Assembly: GCA_035710265.1 (NCBI GenBank)
Contig: DASTDR010000331.1
Span: forward strand, 2,750-66,749
DNA: 64,000 nucleotides
From: Gemmatimonadales bacterium
GTDB lineage: Bacteria; Gemmatimonadota; Gemmatimonadetes; Gemmatimonadales; GWC2-71-9
Direction of reading: 5' to 3'
The notes beneath the pieces were generated by a model that was given only the letters and a program-made list of their open reading frames with translations, searched no databases and had not been told where the DNA came from. A program made the translations under genes and the position numbers. Position 1 is the stretch's first letter, and the number at the start of each line of letters is the position of its first letter. Positions 18,105-26,144 of this stretch are shown piece by piece.

Positions 18105-20078
18105 GTGTACCGCGAGATTTTCGTTCCCGTCGACAACTCGCAGCACTCCGACTGGGCCGTGGATCGGGCGATCGAGATGTGCCGGAAGACAGGCGGCCGG
18201 ATCACCGGTAACCATGTCTACGCCGCCCGCCTCCACGATGTGCGCTTCCGCCAGCTCGAGACCGGCCTCCCCGCCCAGTTCCAGACGCCCGAAGAAATCA
18301 AAAAACAGCGCAAAATCCACGACAAGCTGATCGAGAAAGGGCTGCAGCTGATCGCCGACAGCTTTCTGGATCAGCTCGGCAAGCGGTGTGAAGCGGCGGG
18401 CGTCGCGCTGACGCGGCAGCTGCTCGAAGGCATCAACTACGAAGAAATCGTCAACGAAGTGAACCGCGGCGCCGGCAGGCTGCCGGGATTGATCGGCTTC
18501 GATCCCAACCGCGCGGCCGGCTACGACGGCGGCGACAAGGTCCGCAGCGACGTCAAGCTCGGTGAAAACGGTCGGCTCGTCGCCGAAGACGAAGACGCGG
18601 CAGCACGGCTGGTCGGCTCGTCGGGACGGCAATACGACCTGCTCGCGCTCGGCGCGCACGGGCTGGGACGGCAGCAGTTCTCCCAGCTCGGTGGTGTAGT
18701 GGCTCGCGTATTGCGCGGCGTCGAGAAAGATGTGTTGATCGTCCGCGATCAGCAGCCGCTCACCGGCGGGCGCTTCATGGTCTGCGTCGACGGCTCGTCC
18801 TACAGCTACAAGGCCATGAACGCAGCGCTCGAGCTGGCCCACGAATTCGGCGCGTCGCTGTACGTGTGCAGCGCGTTCGACGTCGAATACCATCACGTCG
18901 TCTTCCACAACATCAAGGACGTGCTGTCGTACCAAGCCTCGAAGGTCTTCAAGTTCGAGGAGCAGGAAGAGCTGCACAACAACATCATCGACAAAGGCCT
19001 GCTCAAGCTGTGCCAGGCCAACTTGAAGCGCGCGGAAGTCATGGCGCAGCAGTTCCCCGACGTGCCGATCAAGACGCAGATCCTGATCGGCAAGCCGTTC
19101 CAGGTGATTCTCCAGTGGGCGGAGGAAATCAAGCCGACGCTCATGGTCATCGGCCGCCATGGGGCCCACCGCATCGAAGGGACCGATCTCGGCTCGCAGG
19201 CCGAAAACCTCCTGCGCGCCGCTCCCTGCTCCCTGCTCCTCGTCGGCGTTGTCGGTGTTCGTCCGGAAGACATTCCCTGGATCGAAGAAGATGGCCAGGC
19301 CGGGCTGCCGTGGGCGCCCGAGGCCGAAGTCCGGATCCTGCGCGTGCCGCCGTTCGCGCAGGGTATCGCGCGGCGCGCGGTCGAAGAATACGTGCTCGAG
19401 AAAGTGGGCAACGCCGGCCCTCCACCGACCGTGACCAACAAGTGGCTCGATGAAGCGATCCAGAAGCTGCTCCCGACGCACATGCAGCTCATCATGGGCA
19501 TCGGCAGCGCCGAGGAAATCGCCCTGGCGGAGGTGAAAGCCACGGAGCAGATGAAGGCGACGAAGGTCCAGGGTCACGATGCCGACCCCGAGCCGGCAAT
19601 GGCGGAAGTCGAGACCAAATGTCCAGTTACGGGCGCGGTCTCGAAGCGCCCCCGCGTGGCGAGCGACCCGATCGTCTGGACCGAAGAGGGGTGGGAGCGT
19701 CTCCAGCTCGTCCCGTTGATCGCGCGGCCGCTCGCGCGCAACACCGTCGAGCGGTTTGCGCGCAATCACGGCATCTGGCGCGTCACCACGGCCGTCATGG
19801 ACGACAACAAGCAGGCCATGATCGAGGCCGACGAGTTCGACATCGACACGATGATGGTGATGTTCACGGAGCTCCGCGCCAAACAGATCCGGGCTGAAGC
19901 CGAGGGACAGGATGCGCTCTCACCCGAGATGCGCGCGTTCATCGAGGAAGCAAAGGCGCAGGGCATCACGCGCTGTCCCATCCGCGACATTGAAGCCAAG
20001 ATGGAGAAGTGCCCGGTCGACATGAAGGCCGTGACGCCCGAAGAAGCGAAACGCGCAGTCGAGAAGCTGCTGCAGTGA
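18105..20078 (+). CDS. tandem universal-stress-protein domains fused to two PCP_red-like domains and a Cys-containing C-terminal tail
   Basis: 657 aa with a GTG start after GGGGAGG. It has two UspA-like domains (IFVPVDNSQHS...; FMVCVDGSSYS...LMVIGRHGAHRIEG..LGSQAENLL). The PCP_red-like copies are at about 19308-19470 (PWAPEAEVRILRVPPFAQGIARRAVEEYV) and 19674-19820 (VWTEEGWERLQLVPLIARPLARNTVERFARNHGIWRVT). The tail reads ..ITRCPIRDIEAKMEKCPV... Confidence 0.85.
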   Translation: MYREIFVPVDNSQHSDWAVDRAIEMCRKTGGRITGNHVYAARLHDVRFRQLETGLPAQFQTPEEIKKQRKIHDKLIEKGLQLIADSFLDQLGKRCEAAGVALTRQLLEGINYEEIVNEVNRGAGRLPGLIGFDPNRAAGYDGGDKVRSDVKLGENGRLVAEDEDAAARLVGSSGRQYDLLALGAHGLGRQQFSQLGGVVARVLRGVEKDVLIVRDQQPLTGGRFMVCVDGSSYSYKAMNAALELAHEFGASLYVCSAFDVEYHHVVFHNIKDVLSYQASKVFKFEEQEELHNNIIDKGLLKLCQANLKRAEVMAQQFPDVPIKTQILIGKPFQVILQWAEEIKPTLMVIGRHGAHRIEGTDLGSQAENLLRAAPCSLLLVGVVGVRPEDIPWIEEDGQAGLPWAPEAEVRILRVPPFAQGIARRAVEEYVLEKVGNAGPPPTVTNKWLDEAIQKLLPTHMQLIMGIGSAEEIALAEVKATEQMKATKVQGHDADPEPAMAEVETKCPVTGAVSKRPRVASDPIVWTEEGWERLQLVPLIARPLARNTVERFARNHGIWRVTTAVMDDNKQAMIEADEFDIDTMMVMFTELRAKQIRAEAEGQDALSPEMRAFIEEAKAQGITRCPIRDIEAKMEKCPVDMKAVTPEEAKRAVEKLLQ

Positions 20079-21346
20079 GCTTCGTCCCACACGTCGTCGC
20101 ATGGAATCTCACGCGGCGCTGTAACCTGGAGTGCGCCCACTGCTATATCGCGGCGGGGCCGCATGAGAGTGCGACCTCCGAACTCGACACGTCCGAGTGC
20201 CTGCGCATCGTGGACGAGCTGCTCGCCGTGAACCCCGCGCCGATGTTGATCCTCTCCGGCGGCGAGCCGCTGCTGCGCCAGGATCTTACCGAGATCGCCG
20301 CGTACGCGTCGCAGCGCGGTGCGACGGTCGTGGTGGGCACGAACGGCACGCTGCTCTCGGACGAGCGCATCGCCGGGCTCAAGGCGGCGGGCGTGCGCGG
20401 CGTCGCGGTCTCAATCGATTCGCTGCGCCCGACGTACCACGACAACTTCCGGCACGGCAAAGGGTCGCTCGACGACACGGTCAGGGCACTGGGTCGCCTG
20501 CGCGCGCAGCAGCTCGATTTCGTCATCCAGACGACAGCGACCAAAGGCAATCGCGCCGAGCTCGAGCGCATCGCGCAATGGTCGGCGGAGCTGGGCGCCG
20601 TCGCGTTCAACTGCTATTTCCTGGTCGCGACGGGACGGGGCGCCGGCATGTCGGATCTGTCGCCCGCCGAGTACGAAGCGGTGCTCGCCGATCTCGCCAG
20701 ATGGCAACGGGATTACCGCGGCACCATGATGGTGCGCGCCAAGTGCGCGCCGCATTTCATGCGTCATGTCCATCTCCTGGATCCTGACTCCCAGATCCTG
20801 AATTACCAGACCCGCTGCCCGTGCGGCACTCAGTACTGCCGGATCACGCCCGACGGCAAGCTCACGCCGTGCCCGTATCTGCCCGAGGTGGCGGGCGATC
20901 TGCGCACGCACAGCTTCGGGGAGATCTGGCGCTCGTCCCCGCTGTTCCAGCGGATCCGCGAGGGGACACTGGGCGGCAAGTGCGGCCGATGCGAGTACCA
21001 GAAGCTGTGCGGTGGCTGCCGCGCGCGCGCGTTCGCGCTCGAGGGCGACGTGCTCGCCGCGGATCCATCATGCAGTTACGAGCCGCAAGGGCTGGAGGTG
21101 ATTCAGCCGAAGAGCGTGAGCTACGGCAGCGAGTTCACGCCTGCGCTGACCTGGTCGGCGGCGGCGCGCACGCGGCTCGAGCGGATCCCGTCGTTCGTGC
21201 GCGGGGTCGTCGCCAAACGCGTCGAAGACTGGGCACGCGAGCGCGGCGTGCAGGAAATCACGCCGGAGCTGCTCGGGGAAATCCGCAACGCAATGCCGAT
21301 CGATTTCTCGAAACGCAAACCATTCTTTGTGTCCGATGACCGATAA
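20075..21346 (+). CDS. radical SAM / SPASM-domain enzyme (NirJ/AhbC/AhbD-like) with a C-terminal PCP_red-like domain
   Basis: The GTG start overlaps the upstream stop (GTGA). The radical SAM cluster motif is NLTRRCNLECAHCY, with ILSGGEPLLRQD. The SPASM Cys-rich region is ..RCPCG..C..GKCGRCEYQKLCGGCRARAF... The C-terminal segment TWSAAARTRLERIPSFVRGVVAKRVEDWARERGVQEITPELL lies at 21149-21298. Confidence 0.88.
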   Translation: MSFVPHVVAWNLTRRCNLECAHCYIAAGPHESATSELDTSECLRIVDELLAVNPAPMLILSGGEPLLRQDLTEIAAYASQRGATVVVGTNGTLLSDERIAGLKAAGVRGVAVSIDSLRPTYHDNFRHGKGSLDDTVRALGRLRAQQLDFVIQTTATKGNRAELERIAQWSAELGAVAFNCYFLVATGRGAGMSDLSPAEYEAVLADLARWQRDYRGTMMVRAKCAPHFMRHVHLLDPDSQILNYQTRCPCGTQYCRITPDGKLTPCPYLPEVAGDLRTHSFGEIWRSSPLFQRIREGTLGGKCGRCEYQKLCGGCRARAFALEGDVLAADPSCSYEPQGLEVIQPKSVSYGSEFTPALTWSAAARTRLERIPSFVRGVVAKRVEDWARERGVQEITPELLGEIRNAMPIDFSKRKPFFVSDDR

Positions 21347-21349
21347 CCG

Positions 21350-23059
21350 ATGACCGAGCATCTGCTCCTTCAGGCGGCCGCCGACACCGTGGGCGCCTAC
21401 CGCGACTTCCCGGTGATCGGCAGCCGGGCCGCGATCTGGATCGCGGCGGAAATCCACCTGATGTTCGCGGCGTTCGTGCTGGGCGTGCCGATGTTCGCGG
21501 TGGTCGCGGAGGCGATCGGCATCTTCGGCAAGGACCAGCGCTACGATCGCCTGTCCAAGGAATTCACCCGGCTGCTGCTGATCGCCTACAGCGCGACGGC
21601 CATCTGGGGGGCGGTGCTCGTATTCCTGCTGTCCACCCTCTACCCCAAGTTCTGGGCCTATCTGACGGCCATCTTCGGAACATCGATGTGGGTGTACGTC
21701 TCGATCTTTTTCTTCGAGTCGTTCACGCTGTACCTGTATTACTACGGCTGGGACCGCTGGAAGTATGGGACATCCAAGATCGTGCATTGGTGCCTCGGCA
21801 TTCTGCTGAACGTGTGGGGCACCATCGTCATGTTCATCGCGGACGGCTGGCTCACGTACATGATGTCGCCGCCGCGCGACATCACGCCCACGACCGCGCC
21901 GGCAAGTGTCCGCTTCTGGGAAGCGTTCATGAACCACACGTGGATGCCGATCAACATCCACCGCCTCATCGGCAACGTGGTGTTCGGCGGCGCGATCGTG
22001 GGCGCGTACGCGAGTTACCGCTTCCTCGCGTCCCGCAGCGAGGAAGAGCGCGCGCACTACGACTGGATGGGCTACGTCGGCAACTTCATCGCGATTTCGG
22101 CGCTGATCGTGCTGCCGTTCGCCGGCTACTGGCTGGGGCGTGAGATCTACATGTACGACCAGTCGATGGGCATTACGATGATGGGCGGCTTCATGAGCTG
22201 GCTGTGGGTCATTCAAGCCTTCCTCATCGCGGTGCTGTTCCTGGCCGGCAACTACTATCTGTGGGTCGGGATGGGCCGTATTCCCGGCGCCGAGCGGTTC
22301 CGGCCGTACACGAAGTGGCTGCTCGCCGTGCTCGTAATCGGCGCGATCGTGTGGGGCACGCCGCACACCATGATCGCCGACTCGCGCGAGCTCGCGGCGA
22401 TGGGCGGCTCGCACCATCCCTTCCTCGGTGTCCTGGGCGTCATGAGCGCCAAGAACACCGCGGTGAACCTGATGATCCTCGCGACGTTCCTCTCCTTCCT
22501 CCTGTACCGGCGCGCCAACATCCGCCCCGTCGTGCCGTGGGCCCAGACCGGGACGCGGATTCAGGGCGCGATGTTCGCGATCGCGGCCGCGATCGTGCTG
22601 TTCTACGGCATCCGCGGCTACTTCGTCGAAGCGATCGTGCGCATCGGCTATTCGGTTTATCAAGTCGGCGCCGTGCTCGCGTGCATCGTGTTCGTCACCG
22701 TGATCGACGTGCTCATGGCGCGCGGCGCGCAGTCGCTGGGGGCGATCCAATGGGGCAAGATGCCGCCGCGCTCGCAGTACGCGCTCTTCATCCTGGCCGT
22801 CACCTTCACCTGGCTCATGGGCCTGATGGGGTTCGCGCGCAGCGGGATTCGCCAGCACTGGCACGTGTGGCAAGTCCTGCCGGACACGTCGCAGTACGCG
22901 GCCACGCCCGCGCTCGGGTATGCGTCGATCATGATCAGCGCCTGCGTGCTGATCTTCCTGGCGCTGGTCGGATTCATCTTCTGGCTCGGAGGGCTCGCCG
23001 AGAAGTCCACTTTCGTGCCCGCGGTCAGCACCGTGGAGGCCCCGCATGTGGGCCATTAA
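21350..23059 (+). CDS. cytochrome bd-like membrane protein (CydA superfamily, no CydB partner)
   Basis: 569 aa and polytopic. CydA hallmarks are a TM1 His (AAEIHLMFAAF), FFFESFTLYLYYYGW, NVWGTIVMFIADGWLTYMMSPP and a TM5 His (PINIHRLIGNVVFGG). It has extra C-terminal helices. No cydB or cydX follows. Confidence 0.85.
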   Translation: MTEHLLLQAAADTVGAYRDFPVIGSRAAIWIAAEIHLMFAAFVLGVPMFAVVAEAIGIFGKDQRYDRLSKEFTRLLLIAYSATAIWGAVLVFLLSTLYPKFWAYLTAIFGTSMWVYVSIFFFESFTLYLYYYGWDRWKYGTSKIVHWCLGILLNVWGTIVMFIADGWLTYMMSPPRDITPTTAPASVRFWEAFMNHTWMPINIHRLIGNVVFGGAIVGAYASYRFLASRSEEERAHYDWMGYVGNFIAISALIVLPFAGYWLGREIYMYDQSMGITMMGGFMSWLWVIQAFLIAVLFLAGNYYLWVGMGRIPGAERFRPYTKWLLAVLVIGAIVWGTPHTMIADSRELAAMGGSHHPFLGVLGVMSAKNTAVNLMILATFLSFLLYRRANIRPVVPWAQTGTRIQGAMFAIAAAIVLFYGIRGYFVEAIVRIGYSVYQVGAVLACIVFVTVIDVLMARGAQSLGAIQWGKMPPRSQYALFILAVTFTWLMGLMGFARSGIRQHWHVWQVLPDTSQYAATPALGYASIMISACVLIFLALVGFIFWLGGLAEKSTFVPAVSTVEAPHVGH

Positions 23060-23843
23060 CCTGCGGATCTTCGGCGTCGTGCTCGGCACGCTGGCGCTCT
23101 ATACACTGATCGCGAACAAGATCCCGCAGATGCAGTCGGAGGTGCCGCGCGCGCTCGCGCTCGGCGCCAACGTCACGCCGGAGCAGCTCGTGGCTGCCGG
23201 GGAGCAGCTCTATCAGGGCGCGGGCGGCTGCACCGCCTGTCACGGCCTCGGCACGCGCGCACCCAATCTCCTGACCGATGAAAAAGGACAGGGCCAGATC
23301 GGCGCGCGCTGTGCCAACCGAGAGCGCGGCAAGAATTGCAAGACGTACCTCTATGAGTCGCTGGCCAGCCCGGGGACGTTCGTGGTGACCGGTTATGAGC
23401 CGATCATGCCGGACATGAGCCGCACCTTGTCTCCGCAGCAGCTCTGGGCGCTGGTCGCGTTCCTCGAGTCGCAGGGCGGGACCGTGGATGTGCAGGCCTC
23501 CGATATCCCCGCGGCAGCCTCGAGCGATGGTGGAGGGTCGGGAGGTTCTGGAGGTTCTCGAGGAATTGCCGGAGGCAGTACGGACGCCATGGCGATCATT
23601 CGGGCCGCGGGCTGTCTCGGCTGCCACAAGGTGGGCACCGAGGGCGGCGCGATCGGGCCGGACCTGACACGGATCGGCGGCCGGCTCTCGCCGTCGCTCA
23701 TGCGGGAGGCGATCCTCGCGCCCGACGCGCGCATCGCGCGCGGGTATGAGCAGTTCAAAGGCGTGATGCCCAAAACCTTCGGCGATCAGCTGACGGCGGC
23801 GCAGCTCGAGTCGCTGGTGCAATTCCTCGTGAGTCGTCGATGA
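23046..23843 (+). CDS. membrane-anchored dihaem c-type cytochrome
   Basis: 265 aa with an N-terminal TM helix (IFGVVLGTLALYTLIA). It has two CxxCH motifs (CTACH and CLGCH) separated by a Gly/Ser linker. It overlaps the upstream gene by 14 nt. Confidence 0.88.
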   Translation: MWAINLRIFGVVLGTLALYTLIANKIPQMQSEVPRALALGANVTPEQLVAAGEQLYQGAGGCTACHGLGTRAPNLLTDEKGQGQIGARCANRERGKNCKTYLYESLASPGTFVVTGYEPIMPDMSRTLSPQQLWALVAFLESQGGTVDVQASDIPAAASSDGGGSGGSGGSRGIAGGSTDAMAIIRAAGCLGCHKVGTEGGAIGPDLTRIGGRLSPSLMREAILAPDARIARGYEQFKGVMPKTFGDQLTAAQLESLVQFLVSRR

Positions 23844-24619
23844 GGAACTACATCCGTCATCCGTTCTGGCAGGCGGTCGGGCTGCTCGCGATCGCGTACC
23901 TGGTCATCGCATTCCTCATCCCGCTGCTGCCCGGCAGCGCCGTCGTGCCCAAGAGCGTCGTGCTGCAGTACATGGCGACGGTGCTCGTCGGCGTGCTGAT
24001 CTGGGTGAGCGACGACGAAGCCCGCTGGACGACGTTCAAAGAGCCGCTCCAGGATGTGCTCGTGCAGCCGCGGCTCAAGGTCGTGCGGACCGCGCTGCTC
24101 GCGGCGGTCACGCTGATCGTCGGCTGCCTCACCTACGGCCAGGTGCGCGCCAGCGTGACCGCGCCGCCGTCGTTGCGCTCGATCCACCCCGCGCCGCCCT
24201 CGCAGATCACGTTCCGCGGTAAGGCCATCACGCTGGTGGGACTCGAGAACCCGCTGCGCCGCCAAGGGGGGGGAGATCTCGCGACGCACGTCGCCGAAGG
24301 ACAACGGATCTACTACAAGAACTGCGTGCCCTGCCACGGTGATCATCTCGATGGGCAGGGACCGTATGCTCCAGGATTGAATCCGCTCCCCGCCAACTTC
24401 CAGGACAATGGTACGATCGCGCAGCTCACCGAGAGCTTCGTGTTCTGGCGGGTCGCGAAGGGTGGGCCGGGGCTGCCGCGCGAAGGCGCGCCCTGGAATT
24501 CGGCGATGCCGGCGTGGGAGGATTTCCTCACCGAGAACGAAATCTGGGCGGTCGTGCTCTTCCTGTACGAACAAACGGGCTGGAAGCCGAGGACGTGGGA
24601 AGCGGCCAGTCATGATTAG
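23840..24619 (+). CDS. polytopic membrane monohaem c-type cytochrome
   Basis: 259 aa with about three N-terminal TM helices followed by YYKNCVPCHGDH. It is joined to the upstream gene by an ATGA overlap. Confidence 0.85.
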   Translation: MRNYIRHPFWQAVGLLAIAYLVIAFLIPLLPGSAVVPKSVVLQYMATVLVGVLIWVSDDEARWTTFKEPLQDVLVQPRLKVVRTALLAAVTLIVGCLTYGQVRASVTAPPSLRSIHPAPPSQITFRGKAITLVGLENPLRRQGGGDLATHVAEGQRIYYKNCVPCHGDHLDGQGPYAPGLNPLPANFQDNGTIAQLTESFVFWRVAKGGPGLPREGAPWNSAMPAWEDFLTENEIWAVVLFLYEQTGWKPRTWEAASHD

Positions 24620-26144
24620 CGCGCTGCTCTTGGTGCTGGTCCTGACGCAGGACACGACGGCAGGGAAGGTCGTGTACCAGAAGTGGTGCGCGGGCTGCCA
24701 CGGCGATCAGGGTGCCGGCGACGGCGTCGCGGCCAGGTACATGATCCCGCCGCCGCGCGACTTCACGGGCGCGATCTACCAGATCCGCTCGACCGCAAGC
24801 GGCAACCTGCCCACGGATGCCGATCTGATGCGCGCTATAGATGAAGGGCTGCATGGCACCGCCATGCCGGGATGGAGGAACGCGCTGTCCGATCGCGAAC
24901 GGCGTGACGTGGTGGCCTACATCAAGTCGTTCTCGACGTTCTTTGCCGACACGACGTTGCGGCCCCAGGCGCTCGAGCTCGGCGGAGAGCCGAGCGGCGG
25001 CACCGGTGACGAAGCGCTCAGGGTGGGACGGCAATTCTACGATTCCATCGGCTGTGCCAAATGTCATGGCGATCTGGGCCGCGGCGACGGCCCCTCGTCT
25101 CCGACGCTGAAGGACGACGCCGGGCATCCGATCTTTGCGGCCGATCTGCATCAGAACTGGCTGTTCAACGGCGGCGGCACCGCAAGCGACATTTATCATC
25201 GCCTGCGGACCGGCCTCGACGGCACGCCGATGCCGTCGTTCAGCGATCTGCTCGAGCAAAAGTTCCTCACGGAGACGGAGTTGTGGCGCGTCGCGCAGTA
25301 CGTGCGCAGCCTCTCCCCCGCTGAGCCGCCGGCGGTGCGGGATGTGATCCGCGCGCCGCTGGTCGACCGCGCGTTGCCCCATGCGCCTGACGATTCGGCC
25401 TGGGCATCGGTCGACGCATACTGGTTCCCGCTCGTGGGTCAGGTGATCCGCAAAAGCCGCTGGTTCGCACCGGCGGTCACCGGAGTCTGGGTGAAGGCGG
25501 TGCACACCGCGGATTCCCTCGCCCTGCACATCGCCTGGGACGACCGCTCGGAGAGTCCCGACACGGCGTGGCTCGACCATGTGGGCCGCGTAATGGCCGC
25601 CCTGGAAAGCGATGAAGCGGATCAGCCTGGTCTTTGGCCTGATCAGATCGCCGTCCAGTTCCCGGTGACGATTCCCACGGGCATGGAGCGTCCCTACTTC
25701 CTGATGGGCAGCTCCAGTGCTCCCGTCTACCAGTGGCGCTGGACCAGTACCGCTCGAACCGCGGCCGTTGCCGGCCTGGCACGCGGGCTGGAGCGTTTCG
25801 ATCCGATATCCAATGCCGGGGTCGGCGCGCAGGCCGTCTATGACCGCGGTCAGTGGCGCGTCGTCTTCACCCGCGCACTTGCTTCGTCCGATACCGCAAC
25901 ACAGCTTCCGTTCCGGACCGGCCGTGCCATTCCCGTGGCATTCTTCGCCTGGGATGGGTCCAACGGAGAGCACGGCACGCGGATGGCCGTCAGTACCTGG
26001 TATTTCCTTGCACTCGAAGAGCCCGTGCCGGCCCGTGTGTTCATCTCGCCGGTGCTCGCTATGATGCTCACGCTCGGCCTGGGCATGCTGGTCGTCTGGC
26101 GTGCGCAACAAAAGACTTCATTCCGTGGGAGGAGGCAGCAATGA
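24612..26144 (+). CDS. dihaem c-type cytochrome fused to an EB_dh/DOMON-like haem-binding domain, with a C-terminal TM anchor
   Basis: The internal ATG at 24612 gives the signal MISALLLVLVLTQ. The CxxCH motifs are CAGCH and CAKCH. The C-terminal half (..WFPLVGQ..VKAVHTADSLALHIAWDD..DQIAVQFPV..PYFLMG..VYQWRW..QWRVVFTRAL..VAFFAWDGSNGE..) resembles the ethylbenzene-dehydrogenase gamma-type haem domain. The terminal TM helix is VFISPVLAMMLTLGLGMLVVW. Confidence 0.8.
   Translation: MISALLLVLVLTQDTTAGKVVYQKWCAGCHGDQGAGDGVAARYMIPPPRDFTGAIYQIRSTASGNLPTDADLMRAIDEGLHGTAMPGWRNALSDRERRDVVAYIKSFSTFFADTTLRPQALELGGEPSGGTGDEALRVGRQFYDSIGCAKCHGDLGRGDGPSSPTLKDDAGHPIFAADLHQNWLFNGGGTASDIYHRLRTGLDGTPMPSFSDLLEQKFLTETELWRVAQYVRSLSPAEPPAVRDVIRAPLVDRALPHAPDDSAWASVDAYWFPLVGQVIRKSRWFAPAVTGVWVKAVHTADSLALHIAWDDRSESPDTAWLDHVGRVMAALESDEADQPGLWPDQIAVQFPVTIPTGMERPYFLMGSSSAPVYQWRWTSTARTAAVAGLARGLERFDPISNAGVGAQAVYDRGQWRVVFTRALASSDTATQLPFRTGRAIPVAFFAWDGSNGEHGTRMAVSTWYFLALEEPVPARVFISPVLAMMLTLGLGMLVVWRAQQKTSFRGRRQQ

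Noticed and set aside
18087-23089. Long minus-strand ORFs (18087..19769 and 21068..23089) opposite the Usp fusion and the CydA-like gene
   Set aside because: The + strand products carry clear Usp, PCP_red and CydA motifs and TM helices. The minus-strand translations are low-complexity and Arg/Asp/His-rich.
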